A DNA stretch of 64,000 bases from Pseudomonas aeruginosa PAO1 (lineage in GTDB: Bacteria > Pseudomonadota > Gammaproteobacteria > Pseudomonadales > Pseudomonadaceae). Within the stretch, counting starts at the first letter, position 1. Every line of letters starts with the position of its first letter. A program made the position numbers and the translations under genes. The stretch lies in the NCBI RefSeq assembly GCF_000006765.1, contig NC_002516.2; one strand, written 5' to 3'. Of the stretch, positions 39,850-48,728 are shown one piece after another. The notes beneath the pieces were generated by a model that was given only the letters and a program-made list of their open reading frames with translations, did no database searches and was not told where the DNA came from.

Positions 39850-41430
39850 TCAGACGGGCAGGCTGTAGTGCCGGCGCCAGAGGTCCAGATAGGCCTGTTG
39901 CTCACGTTCCCAGCGCGGGTCGTCCCAGCCCAGGCGCGCTTGGCAGAGCGCGCGGATACGCGGCAGGTATGCCGCGCCGCCTCCGGGCAACAGCAGGCCG
40001 AGGCGGGTGCGGCGCAACAGCAGGTCATCGAGATGCAGCACCATTTCCGCCTCGGCGGCGAACGCCAGTTCGGCCCAGAGCGTTTCGCTGGCACCCACGC
40101 AGTCCGTTCCGAGGGTGTCCACCAGCCGCTTGAGGCGGACCAGGTCGCGTCCGTAGCGACCGGCCAGGCGGCGTCGCTGGCCGCTGCCGAGCCCGTCGAT
40201 GAGCGGGCCTTCGCAGGCGCCGAACACCGCCGCGCCATCGTCCGTGACCGTGCGCCCGAGCAGCGGCGCGCAGGCTTGTAGCACCTCCACCGCCAGCGGC
40301 CGGAAGGTGGTCAGCTTGCCGCCGGCCAGGGTCACGCAGCCCGGCTCGCGCCAGAGCACATGCTCGCGTTTCTCGTCGGAAGGCTTGCCGCTGTCGTCGC
40401 CGCTGCTGACCACCGGTCGCACGCCGGCCCAGGTCGACAGCACGTCGCGCGCCTCGATGGCAGCGGCGGGAAACTGCTGGGCGCAGGCCGCCAGCAGGTA
40501 GTCGAGTTCGGCGCGGCTGATCCGCGCGTCCTCCCCAAGGCCGTCGCGATGGTCGAGATCGGTGGTGCCGACCACCGTCGCGCCCTCCCAGGGGAACACG
40601 AACACCGGTCGCCGGTCCGTGGCGTGCATGAAGCTGAAGGCATGGGCCACCGGCAGGCGCCAGGCCGGCAGCAATAGATGGCTGCCGCGCAGCGGGCGGA
40701 TGTGCTCGCTTCCGCCGGGCTGGCGCAACTCATCGGCCCAGGCCCCGGTGGCCAGCGCCAGGGCGCGGCAGCGAAAGTCGAAAAGCTCGCCGCTCTCGCG
40801 GTCCTCGGCGCGCAGGCCGACCACCTGGCCGCCCTCGCGCAGCAATTCGCGCACACGCATGCCGTTGAATGCCTCGCCGCCGTCGTGACGCGCCTCGGCC
40901 AGCACCCGCAGCACCAGGCGCGCATCGTCGGTCACCGCATCGAAGAATCGCGTGCCGCCGAGCAGCCGTTGTTCCTTCAGGCCCGGCGCCAGGTAGCGCA
41001 ACGCGGCGGCGTCGTAGAAACGGTGGTTGCGCCGCCCGGCAAGGGCGTCGTACACGCTCAGCAGGCCGCCGAATAGCCGCGGGCCGGGAAAGCCGCCGCG
41101 GTAGTGGGCCATCACGAAGCTCAACGGCTCCACCAGCCCAGGCGCCTCGCCGAGCAGGCGCTGGCGCTCGCGCACCGAGTCGCGGGTCAGCCGCCACTGG
41201 CCCTTGGCGATGTAGCGCAGGCCGCCATGGACCATCTTCGACGAGCGGCTCGAGGTGCCCCAGGCGAAGTCCCGCTGCTCCAGCAGCAGGCAGCGCCAGC
41301 CGCGCCGCGCGGCTTCGCGGAGGATGCCGGCACCGCTGATGCCGCCGCCGACCACGATCAGGTCCCACTCCTGCCCCGCCAGCGCCGGCAGGCGGCGGCG
41401 ACGCCACTCCTCGTTCCAGGCTGAAGTCAT
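39850..41430 (-). CDS. FAD-dependent glycerol-3-phosphate dehydrogenase/oxidase-like protein
   Basis: 526 aa from MTSAWNEEW. VVGGGISGAG, GTSSRSSKMVHGGLRY, WAGVRP, GGKLTTFR. Confidence 0.9.
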   Translation of the reverse strand: MTSAWNEEWRRRRLPALAGQEWDLIVVGGGISGAGILREAARRGWRCLLLEQRDFAWGTSSRSSKMVHGGLRYIAKGQWRLTRDSVRERQRLLGEAPGLVEPLSFVMAHYRGGFPGPRLFGGLLSVYDALAGRRNHRFYDAAALRYLAPGLKEQRLLGGTRFFDAVTDDARLVLRVLAEARHDGGEAFNGMRVRELLREGGQVVGLRAEDRESGELFDFRCRALALATGAWADELRQPGGSEHIRPLRGSHLLLPAWRLPVAHAFSFMHATDRRPVFVFPWEGATVVGTTDLDHRDGLGEDARISRAELDYLLAACAQQFPAAAIEARDVLSTWAGVRPVVSSGDDSGKPSDEKREHVLWREPGCVTLAGGKLTTFRPLAVEVLQACAPLLGRTVTDDGAAVFGACEGPLIDGLGSGQRRRLAGRYGRDLVRLKRLVDTLGTDCVGASETLWAELAFAAEAEMVLHLDDLLLRRTRLGLLLPGGGAAYLPRIRALCQARLGWDDPRWEREQQAYLDLWRRHYSLPV

Positions 41431-41435
41431 TCCGC

Positions 41436-43031
41436 TCAGTCCTGCAGCAGGGTGCCGCGGTTGAGCCGCCCGGCCGGGTCGAAGTGACCGGCCATGGCAC
41501 GCAGCGCGGCGACGCCCAGTTCGCCCTTCTCGCGGGGCAGGTAGGGTGCGTGGTCCTTGCCGACGCCATGCTGGTGGCTGATGGTGCCACGATTGTCGAC
41601 GATCGCCTGGCTGGCCGCATGCTTGAGACGCTTCCAGCGCTCCAGCGTCGCCGCATAGCTCGCGGCCGGACGGAACACGTAGGTGGTATAGATGCTCGAC
41701 CCCTCGCCATAGACATGCGAGAGGTGGGTGAACACATGGACTTTCTCGCCCTCGGCGGCCAGGCCGTCTCGCAGGCTGGCCTCGATCTTCTGCAGCAGGC
41801 CGTCGACGTTGCTCCAGTCGGTGGCGGTCTCCAGGGTGTCCACGGCGTAGCCCGCCTGCCACAGGGCCTCGCGCAGGTAGGGGAAGCGGAAGCGGTTCTG
41901 CGCCCACTTGCGCCCCAGCAGGGTGCCGGTGAAGACCCCGCCGAAGCGTTTCAGCAAGGCCTTCGCCTGGCTCAGCGACAATCCGTTCTGCCGGCGGTTG
42001 CCGGTCACGCCGAAGGTCAGCATGCACTTGCCCTCGCCCGCGCCGCGCAGCGCCAGGTATTTCTCCAGCCAGGCGATCTGTCCGGGATGGCCGGCCAGGG
42101 CCAGTTGGGTCATGGTTTCCACGGCGTTGGACAGTCGCAGCATCGACAGCGGCACGCGCGCCTGGGCCAGCTCGCGGGTGGCTTGCAGGGCCTGCTGCCA
42201 GTTCGGCAGGAAGACGCTGTAGAAGCGCTCGTCCTCGGCCAGCGGCGAGACCCGCACCTTCACCGAGGAAATGATCCCGAAGCGTCCCTCAGAGCCCAGC
42301 ACCAGTTCGCGCAGGTCCGGTCCCGCCGCGGATGCCGGGAAGGTAGCGATTTCAAGCGGCCCGGCGAAGGTCTCCAGGGTCCCGCCGGCGAAAAGTTGTT
42401 CGATCCGCCCGTAGCGCAGCGACTGCTGGCCACTGGAGCGGCTGGCGACCCAGCCACCGAGGGTCGACAACTCCCAGGACTGCGGGAAATGCCCGAGCGT
42501 GTAGCCCAGCGCACGCAACTGGCTCTCCACCTGCGGGCCGGCGGCGCCGGGGCCGAAGGTCGCGACCAGGCTCTCGCGGTCCAGATCGATCAGGCGGTTC
42601 ATGCGCTCCAGCGAGACCGTCAGTACCGGCCGCCGCGAGGCTTGCGGATTGATATGGCCGGCCACGGAAGTACCGCCGCCATAGGGAATCAGTTGCAGGT
42701 CGCGGGAGTCGGCCAGGGCCAGCAACTCGCGGATCTGCTCGGCGGTTTCCGGATAGGCCACGGCGTCCGGGTAGACGCCGAAGTCACCCTCGCGCATCGC
42801 CAGCCAGTCCGGCAGGCTCTGCCCGCGGGCATGCAGCAGACGCTCACGGGGGTCGATGCTGTAGCGCGGATCGGCCTCCAGGCGCGACGCCGGGACCTTC
42901 GCCAGCGCCGCCTCCAGGCTGGCGTCCGGCAAGCGTGCGCCCTGCCCGACCAGTTCCGCCAGGAACCCACGGGCGCTGTCCGGCAATTCGACCACGGTGC
43001 TTTCTTCGCCCCAGCCATTCCAACGACGCAT
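41436..43031 (-). CDS. FAD-binding oxidoreductase, alkyl-DHAP synthase (AGPS)-like, VAO family
   Basis: 531 aa. PYGGGTSV, GHFPQSWELSTLGGW, GSEGRFGII, DTLETA, TISHQHGVG. Confidence 0.85.
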   Translation of the reverse strand: MRRWNGWGEESTVVELPDSARGFLAELVGQGARLPDASLEAALAKVPASRLEADPRYSIDPRERLLHARGQSLPDWLAMREGDFGVYPDAVAYPETAEQIRELLALADSRDLQLIPYGGGTSVAGHINPQASRRPVLTVSLERMNRLIDLDRESLVATFGPGAAGPQVESQLRALGYTLGHFPQSWELSTLGGWVASRSSGQQSLRYGRIEQLFAGGTLETFAGPLEIATFPASAAGPDLRELVLGSEGRFGIISSVKVRVSPLAEDERFYSVFLPNWQQALQATRELAQARVPLSMLRLSNAVETMTQLALAGHPGQIAWLEKYLALRGAGEGKCMLTFGVTGNRRQNGLSLSQAKALLKRFGGVFTGTLLGRKWAQNRFRFPYLREALWQAGYAVDTLETATDWSNVDGLLQKIEASLRDGLAAEGEKVHVFTHLSHVYGEGSSIYTTYVFRPAASYAATLERWKRLKHAASQAIVDNRGTISHQHGVGKDHAPYLPREKGELGVAALRAMAGHFDPAGRLNRGTLLQD

Positions 43032-43154
43032 GAACCTCTCCCCTCGCTTGTCGCGGCAACCTGTTTATCGGAACCTTTCTGGCTGCCTATACTAGCCAGC
43101 CGCCCTCGCCTGTCACTGTCGGATCGAGACACTCCCTGTGACCGATCAAGACAG

Positions 43155-43170
43155 CCGGCACGCACGCCGG
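43155..43170. promoter_or_regulatory. Palindrome in the divergent intergenic region
   Basis: CCGGC-ACGCAC-GCCGG. The operator role is inferred. Confidence 0.4.
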
Positions 43171-43192
43171 ACGGCCTGTTCCACCCGCCACG

Positions 43193-43203
43193 ACAAGAAC
43201 AAC
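43193..43203 (+). promoter_or_regulatory. A-rich CA motif next to the AraC start
   Basis: ACAAGAACAAC 4 nt before the ATG, with no clear SD. Confidence 0.45.
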
Positions 43204-43207
43204 GACC

Positions 43208-44239
43208 ATGCAGACCCTTGGCTCCACCTCGGTTCCGGCCCTGCTGAAATACCTGCGCCATGCCGAACGGCTCGGCCTGGACATCGCCCCTGCCCTGGCC
43301 GCCGCCGGCCTCCAGGCCGACCAGCTCAACGACAATCGCCAGCGCCTGCCGGGCGAAGCCCACGAGCACCTGCTCGGCTATTTCTGCGAGCATTCCGGCG
43401 ATCCCCTGTTCGGCCTGCATTCGGCGCGTTTCGTCCAGCCCGGCTCCTGGAGCGTGCTCGGCTACATCGCGATGAACTGCGCCACCCTGGGCGAGGCCAT
43501 GAGCCGCATCACGCCCTACGAGAAGCTGGTCGGCGACATGGGCACCAGCCGCATCGAGGCGGCCGGCGGGCAGGTCCGGCTGATCTGGAACTGCCGCCAC
43601 CAGACACCCCTGGTACGGCGCCACATGGTCGAGCACGTCCTGGCTTCCTGGGTCCTCTACGCGCGCTGGATCGCCGACCTGGAAGGTTCGCCGGACGAGG
43701 TCTGGCTGGAACACGACCTGCCGGACGGAACCCGCGTGGAAGACTACGAGACCTTCTTCGGCTGTCCGGTACGCTTCGCCCAACCCTGTTCGGCGCTGCT
43801 GGTACCGCTGGACTACCTGGCGCTGCCGCTGCGCCAGGCCGACGCGACGCTGCTGCGCACTCTGGAGGAACATGCCCTGGCGCTGATGGCCGAGCTGGAC
43901 GATGACGAGCCGCTGCCGCTGCGGGTGAAGAACGCCCTGCGCCAGCTACTCAAGGACGGCCTGCCGCGCAAGGAACGGGTGGCGGAGAAGTTCGGCATGA
44001 CCGTACGCACCCTGCAACGCCACCTGCAGCAAGCCGGCAGCAGCTACCAGCAGACCCTCGACGAACTGCGCCGCGAACTGGCCGAGCACTACCTGCTGCA
44101 TAGCGAGCTGCCGATCCAGGACATCGCCCAGTACCTGGGCTTTACCGAGTCGCGCTCGTTCCATCGCAGTTTCAAGGGTTGGACCGGGCAGACGCCCGGC
44201 GAGTACCGGCAACGGCGCAAGGAGCCGGCGGCGCAATGA
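43208..44239 (+). CDS. AraC-family transcriptional regulator
   Basis: 343 aa. C-terminal double HTH (VAEKFGMTVRTLQRHL; IAQYLGFTESRSFHRSFKGWTG). Confidence 0.93.
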   Translation: MQTLGSTSVPALLKYLRHAERLGLDIAPALAAAGLQADQLNDNRQRLPGEAHEHLLGYFCEHSGDPLFGLHSARFVQPGSWSVLGYIAMNCATLGEAMSRITPYEKLVGDMGTSRIEAAGGQVRLIWNCRHQTPLVRRHMVEHVLASWVLYARWIADLEGSPDEVWLEHDLPDGTRVEDYETFFGCPVRFAQPCSALLVPLDYLALPLRQADATLLRTLEEHALALMAELDDDEPLPLRVKNALRQLLKDGLPRKERVAEKFGMTVRTLQRHLQQAGSSYQQTLDELRRELAEHYLLHSELPIQDIAQYLGFTESRSFHRSFKGWTGQTPGEYRQRRKEPAAQ

Positions 44240-44241
44240 GA

Positions 44242-44263
44242 ACGGCGGCCATCCGGCCGCCGT
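44242..44263. terminator. Hairpin between convergent araC and moeA
   Basis: ACGGCGGCC-ATCC-GGCCGCCGT. Confidence 0.6.
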
Positions 44264-44267
44264 CGGC

Positions 44268-45485
44268 TCAATCGAGCAGTTCGCTCAGCGGAATGAACGC
44301 CACGCCCTCGCCTTCCACGAGGGTACGTCCCTCGCGGACCTCCACCAGCCCCTCGGCCCAGGAAGCGCTGCGCAGTACCCCGGAACTCTGGTTCGGATAG
44401 AGCACCGCGCGGCCCTGCTCCAGGCGACCACGCAGGTACTCGCGACGCTGCCCCGCCTTGGTCCAGGCAAAGCCGGCCGGTACCTCCACCCGCAGCGGCG
44501 CGACCTGCGCCACGCCAAGCCGGCGCAGCAGGTAGGGACGCGCCAGCAGGGCGAAGGTGACCAGGGTCGAAGCCGGATTGCCCGGCAGGCCGATCACCGG
44601 GATGCCCTGGAACTGGCCGACGGTCAGCGGCTTGCCGGGTTTTATCGCCAGCTTCCAGAGGGTCAGCTCGCCGGCTTCGCGCAGCGCCATGCCGAGGAAG
44701 TCGGCCTCGCCCACCGATACGCCGCCGGTGGACAGGATCAGGTCCACCCCGGCCAACCCGGCCAGGCGCTCGCGGGTACGTGCCAGGTCGTCGGGAAGGA
44801 TGCCGGCGTCGAGCACGTCGCAGCCCAAGCGTTGCAGCCAATCCTTGAGCAACGGACGGTTGCTGTTGTAGATCTGCCCGGCCTGCAGCGGCTGGCCCGC
44901 CTCGACCAGCTCGTCGCCGGTGGACAGCAGCGCCACCCGCGGCTTGCGTCGCACCTCCAGGGCCGCGTAGCCGAGCGAAGCCGCCAACCCCAGTTCGATG
45001 GAGCGCAGGCGCGTGCCGGCCGGCAGGACCAGGTCGCCCTGGCGGATTTCCTGGCCACGCGGGCGCACATGCTGGCCCACGCGCAACGGCTGGGTGAAGC
45101 GCACGCGGCCATCGTCGAGCGCTTCGGCGTTTTCCTGCATCTCTACCAGATCGGCGCCTTCGGGCAGCGGCGCACCGGTGAAGATCCGCGCACAGGTACC
45201 CGCTTGCAGCGGCTTCGGCGCCTGTCCGGCAAAGATTTTCTGGCTGACCGGCAGTGGCTCGCCGTTCCAGTCGGCGAGGCGCAAGGCGTAGCCGTCCATG
45301 GCGCTGTTCGGCCACGGCGGCAGGTCCAGGCCGGCCAGCAGGTCGACCGCCAGCACGCGGCCGCCAGCCTGCTCCAGGGGCACCTGCTCACACGTATCGA
45401 TAGGCGTTTGCGCGGCCAGTTCGAGGAGCCGTTCCAGCGCCGTCTCGACCGGCATCAGCCCCGGCTGTTCGCAGCAGCCGCTCAC
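44268..45485 (-). CDS. moeA2: Molybdopterin molybdotransferase MoeA (second paralog)
   Basis: 405 aa, GTG start overlapping the moaB stop. NSAMDGYA, RIFTGA, STGDEL, TGGVSVG, GLPGNP. Confidence 0.93.
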   Translation of the reverse strand: MSGCCEQPGLMPVETALERLLELAAQTPIDTCEQVPLEQAGGRVLAVDLLAGLDLPPWPNSAMDGYALRLADWNGEPLPVSQKIFAGQAPKPLQAGTCARIFTGAPLPEGADLVEMQENAEALDDGRVRFTQPLRVGQHVRPRGQEIRQGDLVLPAGTRLRSIELGLAASLGYAALEVRRKPRVALLSTGDELVEAGQPLQAGQIYNSNRPLLKDWLQRLGCDVLDAGILPDDLARTRERLAGLAGVDLILSTGGVSVGEADFLGMALREAGELTLWKLAIKPGKPLTVGQFQGIPVIGLPGNPASTLVTFALLARPYLLRRLGVAQVAPLRVEVPAGFAWTKAGQRREYLRGRLEQGRAVLYPNQSSGVLRSASWAEGLVEVREGRTLVEGEGVAFIPLSELLD

Positions 45486-46021
45486 CCGCGGCTCTCGCAG
45501 GGCGCCGCCTGTTTCAGGTGCGGGACGAAGTTGCACGGGCGATGACGGGCGTCCAGTTGCTCGACGAGGATGCCTTCCCAGGCAGTGCGGCAGGCGTTGG
45601 TGGAGCCCGGCAGGCAGCAGACCAGGGTGCCGTTGGAAAGCCCGGCCAGGGCCCGCGACTGGATGGTGGAGGTACCGATGTCGGCCAGCGAAATCTGCCG
45701 GAACAGCTCGCCGAAGCCGTCCACCTGCTTGTCCAGCAGGCAGGCCACCGCTTCCGGGGTGCTGTCGCGGCCGGTGAAACCGGTGCCGCCGGTGATCAGC
45801 ACGACCTGCACGCTATCCTCGGCGATCCAGGTCGCGACCTGTGCGCGGATCCGGTATAGGTCATCCTTCAGCAGCACGCGAGCGGCCAGGTTGTGCCCGG
45901 CCTCGGTCAGGCGGTCGACGAACAACTGGCCTGAAGTATCGGTTTCCAGGGTACGGGTATCGCTGACGGTCAGGACGGCGATGTTCAACGGCACGAATGC
46001 CGTTTCGGCCTTGTGGCTCAT
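45482..46021 (-). CDS. moaB2: Molybdenum cofactor biosynthesis protein MoaB
   Basis: 179 aa from MSHKAETAF. VLTVSDTR, ITGGTGFTGRDSTPEA, CLPGS. Confidence 0.93.
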   Translation of the reverse strand: MSHKAETAFVPLNIAVLTVSDTRTLETDTSGQLFVDRLTEAGHNLAARVLLKDDLYRIRAQVATWIAEDSVQVVLITGGTGFTGRDSTPEAVACLLDKQVDGFGELFRQISLADIGTSTIQSRALAGLSNGTLVCCLPGSTNACRTAWEGILVEQLDARHRPCNFVPHLKQAAPCESRG

Positions 46022-46087
46022 GGGGTTGGCCCTTGCTTGTGGACGTGATCGCGGTGTTATATCACAGGCCCGACACGGAGACCCCAG

Positions 46088-46684
46088 ATGCCCGATAGCG
46101 CCCTGCCCCCCTGCTCCATCCTTCTCCTGGCGGGAGGCCGCGGCCAGCGCATGGGCGGTCGCGACAAGGGCCTGATCGAGTGGCAGGGCCTGCCCCTGAT
46201 CGCCCACCTGCATCGCCTGGTGCGCCCGCTCACCGATGACCTGATCGTCTCCTGCAACCGCAACCAGGAACGCTATGCGGCCTATGCCGACCGCGTGGTG
46301 AGCGACGACAGCCGAGACTTCCCCGGCCCGCTCGCCGGCATCCGCGCCGGCCTGGCGGTGGCCCGGCATCCCTGGCTGCTGGTGCTGCCCTGCGACGCGC
46401 CGCGCATCGACCGCGCCTTGCTGGAAACCCTGCTGCAGGCCGCCGGCCGCACACCGGCGCGCCCCTGGATGCTGCGCTGCGGCGGCCAGTGGGAACCGCT
46501 GTTCAGCCTGATCCCGACGCACCTGGCCGAAGAGATAGAACACGCCTGGCGCCAGGGCGACCGTAGCCCACGCCACGTCCTGTTGCCGCTTGGCGCGGAG
46601 GCCATCGAGCTGGCCGCGGGCGATCCGCGGCTGGCCAACCTGAACACCCCCGAGCTGTTGGCTAATCACCGCGAACTGAAGTAA
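46088..46684 (+). CDS. mobA: Molybdenum cofactor guanylyltransferase
   Basis: 198 aa. [34 protein letters not shown]. Confidence 0.95.
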   Translation: MPDSALPPCSILLLAGGRGQRMGGRDKGLIEWQGLPLIAHLHRLVRPLTDDLIVSCNRNQERYAAYADRVVSDDSRDFPGPLAGIRAGLAVARHPWLLVLPCDAPRIDRALLETLLQAAGRTPARPWMLRCGGQWEPLFSLIPTHLAEEIEHAWRQGDRSPRHVLLPLGAEAIELAAGDPRLANLNTPELLANHRELK

Positions 46685-46745
46685 AACGGAAGGGACGTCG
46701 AGTCGAATTTTCTCGAAGGTGGGGGGAACACTCGTTTTTAGGGGG

Positions 46746-46773
46746 GAACTCTTCCTAGAACTCGTCTGTCAGA
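46746..46773 (+). promoter_or_regulatory. Candidate AlgU (sigma22/RpoE) promoter
   Basis: GAACTC-N17-TCAGA versus the consensus GAACTT-N16/17-TCNRA, upstream of a lipoprotein gene. Confidence 0.45.
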
Positions 46774-46815
46774 AACTCGTAACTTCAAAGTCTGACCGCA
46801 CAGGAGAACTGCGCA

Positions 46816-47037
46816 ATGATCAAGCGGATGCTACCCGCCCTCCTCCTCGCCGTAGGCCTCGGCGCCCTCGCGGGTTGTTCCAGCCCTACCGTGATCACCC
46901 TCAACGACGGACGTGAAATCCAGGCCGTAGACACCCCTTCCTATGACGAGGATTCCGGCTTCTACGAGTTCGAACAGCTCGACGGCAAGCGCGCCCGCGT
47001 GAACAAGGACCAGGTCCGCACCGTCAAGGAACTCTGA
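46816..47037 (+). CDS. Small lipoprotein, YgdI/YgdR (DUF903) family
   Basis: 73 aa. Lipobox [36 protein letters not shown]. Confidence 0.88.
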   Translation: MIKRMLPALLLAVGLGALAGCSSPTVITLNDGREIQAVDTPSYDEDSGFYEFEQLDGKRARVNKDQVRTVKEL

Positions 47038-47063
47038 TACCGTCGCGTAACAGGTTTTCCTGG

Positions 47064-47096
47064 AGACCCCGTCGACTCGAACGAGCGACGGGGTCT
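47064..47096 (+). terminator. Terminator after the lipoprotein gene
   Basis: AGACCCCGTCG..CGACGGGGTCT followed by TTGCTTTTT. Confidence 0.8.
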
Positions 47097-47148
47097 TTGC
47101 TTTTTCGCCCGGGGAAACCGGGGCTCGAAAAAAAATTCATCTAACCCC

Positions 47149-47183
47149 TTGTGTACCAAAACTTTTTCTGTAGAATGCGCCCC
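47149..47183 (+). promoter_or_regulatory. Stable-RNA type sigma70 promoter
   Basis: TTGTGT-N16-TAGAAT plus GC-rich discriminator GCGCCCC. Confidence 0.65.
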
Positions 47184-47190
47184 AACAAAA

Positions 47191-47267
47191 CGGAGCGTAG
47201 CGCAGCTTGGTAGCGCGTCTCGTTCGGGACGAGAAGGTCGCTGGTTCGAATCCAGTCGCTCCGACCA
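47191..47267 (+). tRNA. tRNA-Pro (anticodon CGG)
   Basis: 77 nt cloverleaf: acceptor CGGAGCG/CGCTCCG, anticodon stem TCTCG/CGAGA with loop TTCGGGA, TTCGAAT T-loop, encoded CCA. Confidence 0.98.
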
Positions 47268-47274
47268 TATCCCG

Positions 47275-47302
47275 AAAAACCCGCCTCAACGGCGGGTTTT
47301 TT
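47275..47302. terminator. Bidirectional terminator tRNA/snr1
   Basis: AAAAACCCGCC-TCAAC-GGCGGGTTTTTT. Confidence 0.92.
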
Positions 47303-47324
47303 ATTGCCTGCGATTCGGCCTTTC

Positions 47325-48728
47325 TCACAGGGTACGCAGGTAGGCCACCAGGTCGCCCTTCTCTTCCGCGGACAGCTTGCGCTCCAGTACCAGGTTGAAG
47401 AACTCCACGGTGTCCTCCAGGGTCAGCAGGCGGTCGTCGTGCAGGTACGGCGGCGAATCCTTGATCCCGCGCAACGGGAAGGTCTTGATCGGCCCGTCGG
47501 CGGACGCCATCACGCCATTGACCAGTTTCGGATCGTAGAAGCGCTCCACCTTCAGGTTGTGCATCAGGTTGTCGGTGAAGTAAGGCGGCGCATGGCACCC
47601 GGCGCAGGCCGCCTTGCCGTAGAACAGCTTTTCGCCACGCAATTCCTGCTCGCTGGCCTTGCCCGGATCGAGCCGCCCCTCCACATCCAGCTTCGGTGCC
47701 GGGGGGAAGTCCAGCAGCGCCTGGAACTCACCCATGAAATGCACTTGACTGCCACGCTCGAGCACGTTCACCCCCTTCTTGGTGGCGATTACCGGATCAC
47801 CGTCGAAGTAGGCGGCGCGCTGCTCGAACTCGGTGAAGTCCTCGACGGTCTTCAGCGCCCTCTGCGAGCCGAACAACCGCTGGATGTTCACCCCGCGCAG
47901 CGTCGGTGTGTCGATGCGGTGGCGGAACGGCTGCGGGCGCACATCGCCGGCCAGGTGAGTAGCGGCATTGGTGTGGCCGTTCGCATGGCAGTCGAAGCAG
48001 GCTACGCCGCGGCTCGGATGCTCGCTACGGCGATCGTCGGTGAGGTTGAACTGCTGCTGCGGAAAGGCCGTTAGCAGCAGGCGCAGCCCTTCCAGCTGCT
48101 TGGGATTGAGAATCCCGTTGAACAACTCGAAATAGTTGTCGATGGTCACCAGCTTGCCCTTGGACACATCGCCCAGGTCAGGCCGGGTGGTAAGGAACAT
48201 CGGTGCCGGGAATTCCGGCAGGAAGTGGTCCGGCAGGTCGTAGTCGAGGTCGAAACGGGTCAGGTCGCGGCTTTCCTGGCGCTTGATCTCGTCGATGAGG
48301 AACTTGGGAAAGACCATCCCGCCTTCGGCATGGTTGGGGTGCGGCAGCGGCAGGAAGCCACCGGGGAACAGCCCCTGCTTGCGGATTTCCTCGGGGCTCA
48401 GCCTGGCCAGTTCCTCCCAGCTGGTGCCGGCCGGCAGCTTCACCCGGATCCCCTCCTGCAGCGGCTTGCCGCGCGTCATGCTGGCGCCCTTGGCCGGCCT
48501 GTCGCTGAGATCGTAACGCTGCTCGAGAAGCGTCTTGTGGGCCTGTTCGATCGACGGTTTGTTCGCCGTCATGCGCTTCATGATGGTGGCGAAGTCCTCA
48601 TTGATCACCACCGGCGAATAGCTGGAAGTCTTGCTTGGCTGCTCATCCCCCGCGACCACGGCGGATTGCAGCCCCAGGGCGAGCGGCATGACCCAGAGGG
48701 CATGGCGCGTCCAGGCGGGCGTTTTCAT
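47325..48728 (-). CDS. snr1: Periplasmic di-heme cytochrome c (CCP/MauG-like) Snr1
   Basis: 467 aa from MKTPAWTRH with signal peptide. CFDCH and CAGCH, TPTLRG, SPPYLHD. Confidence 0.82.
   Translation of the reverse strand: MKTPAWTRHALWVMPLALGLQSAVVAGDEQPSKTSSYSPVVINEDFATIMKRMTANKPSIEQAHKTLLEQRYDLSDRPAKGASMTRGKPLQEGIRVKLPAGTSWEELARLSPEEIRKQGLFPGGFLPLPHPNHAEGGMVFPKFLIDEIKRQESRDLTRFDLDYDLPDHFLPEFPAPMFLTTRPDLGDVSKGKLVTIDNYFELFNGILNPKQLEGLRLLLTAFPQQQFNLTDDRRSEHPSRGVACFDCHANGHTNAATHLAGDVRPQPFRHRIDTPTLRGVNIQRLFGSQRALKTVEDFTEFEQRAAYFDGDPVIATKKGVNVLERGSQVHFMGEFQALLDFPPAPKLDVEGRLDPGKASEQELRGEKLFYGKAACAGCHAPPYFTDNLMHNLKVERFYDPKLVNGVMASADGPIKTFPLRGIKDSPPYLHDDRLLTLEDTVEFFNLVLERKLSAEEKGDLVAYLRTL

Noticed and set aside
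37287-40238. 983-aa ORF apparently fusing extra sequence to yegS
   Set aside because: Only the last 302 aa are YegS. The rest is an off-frame read of the kinase and dehydrogenase genes.
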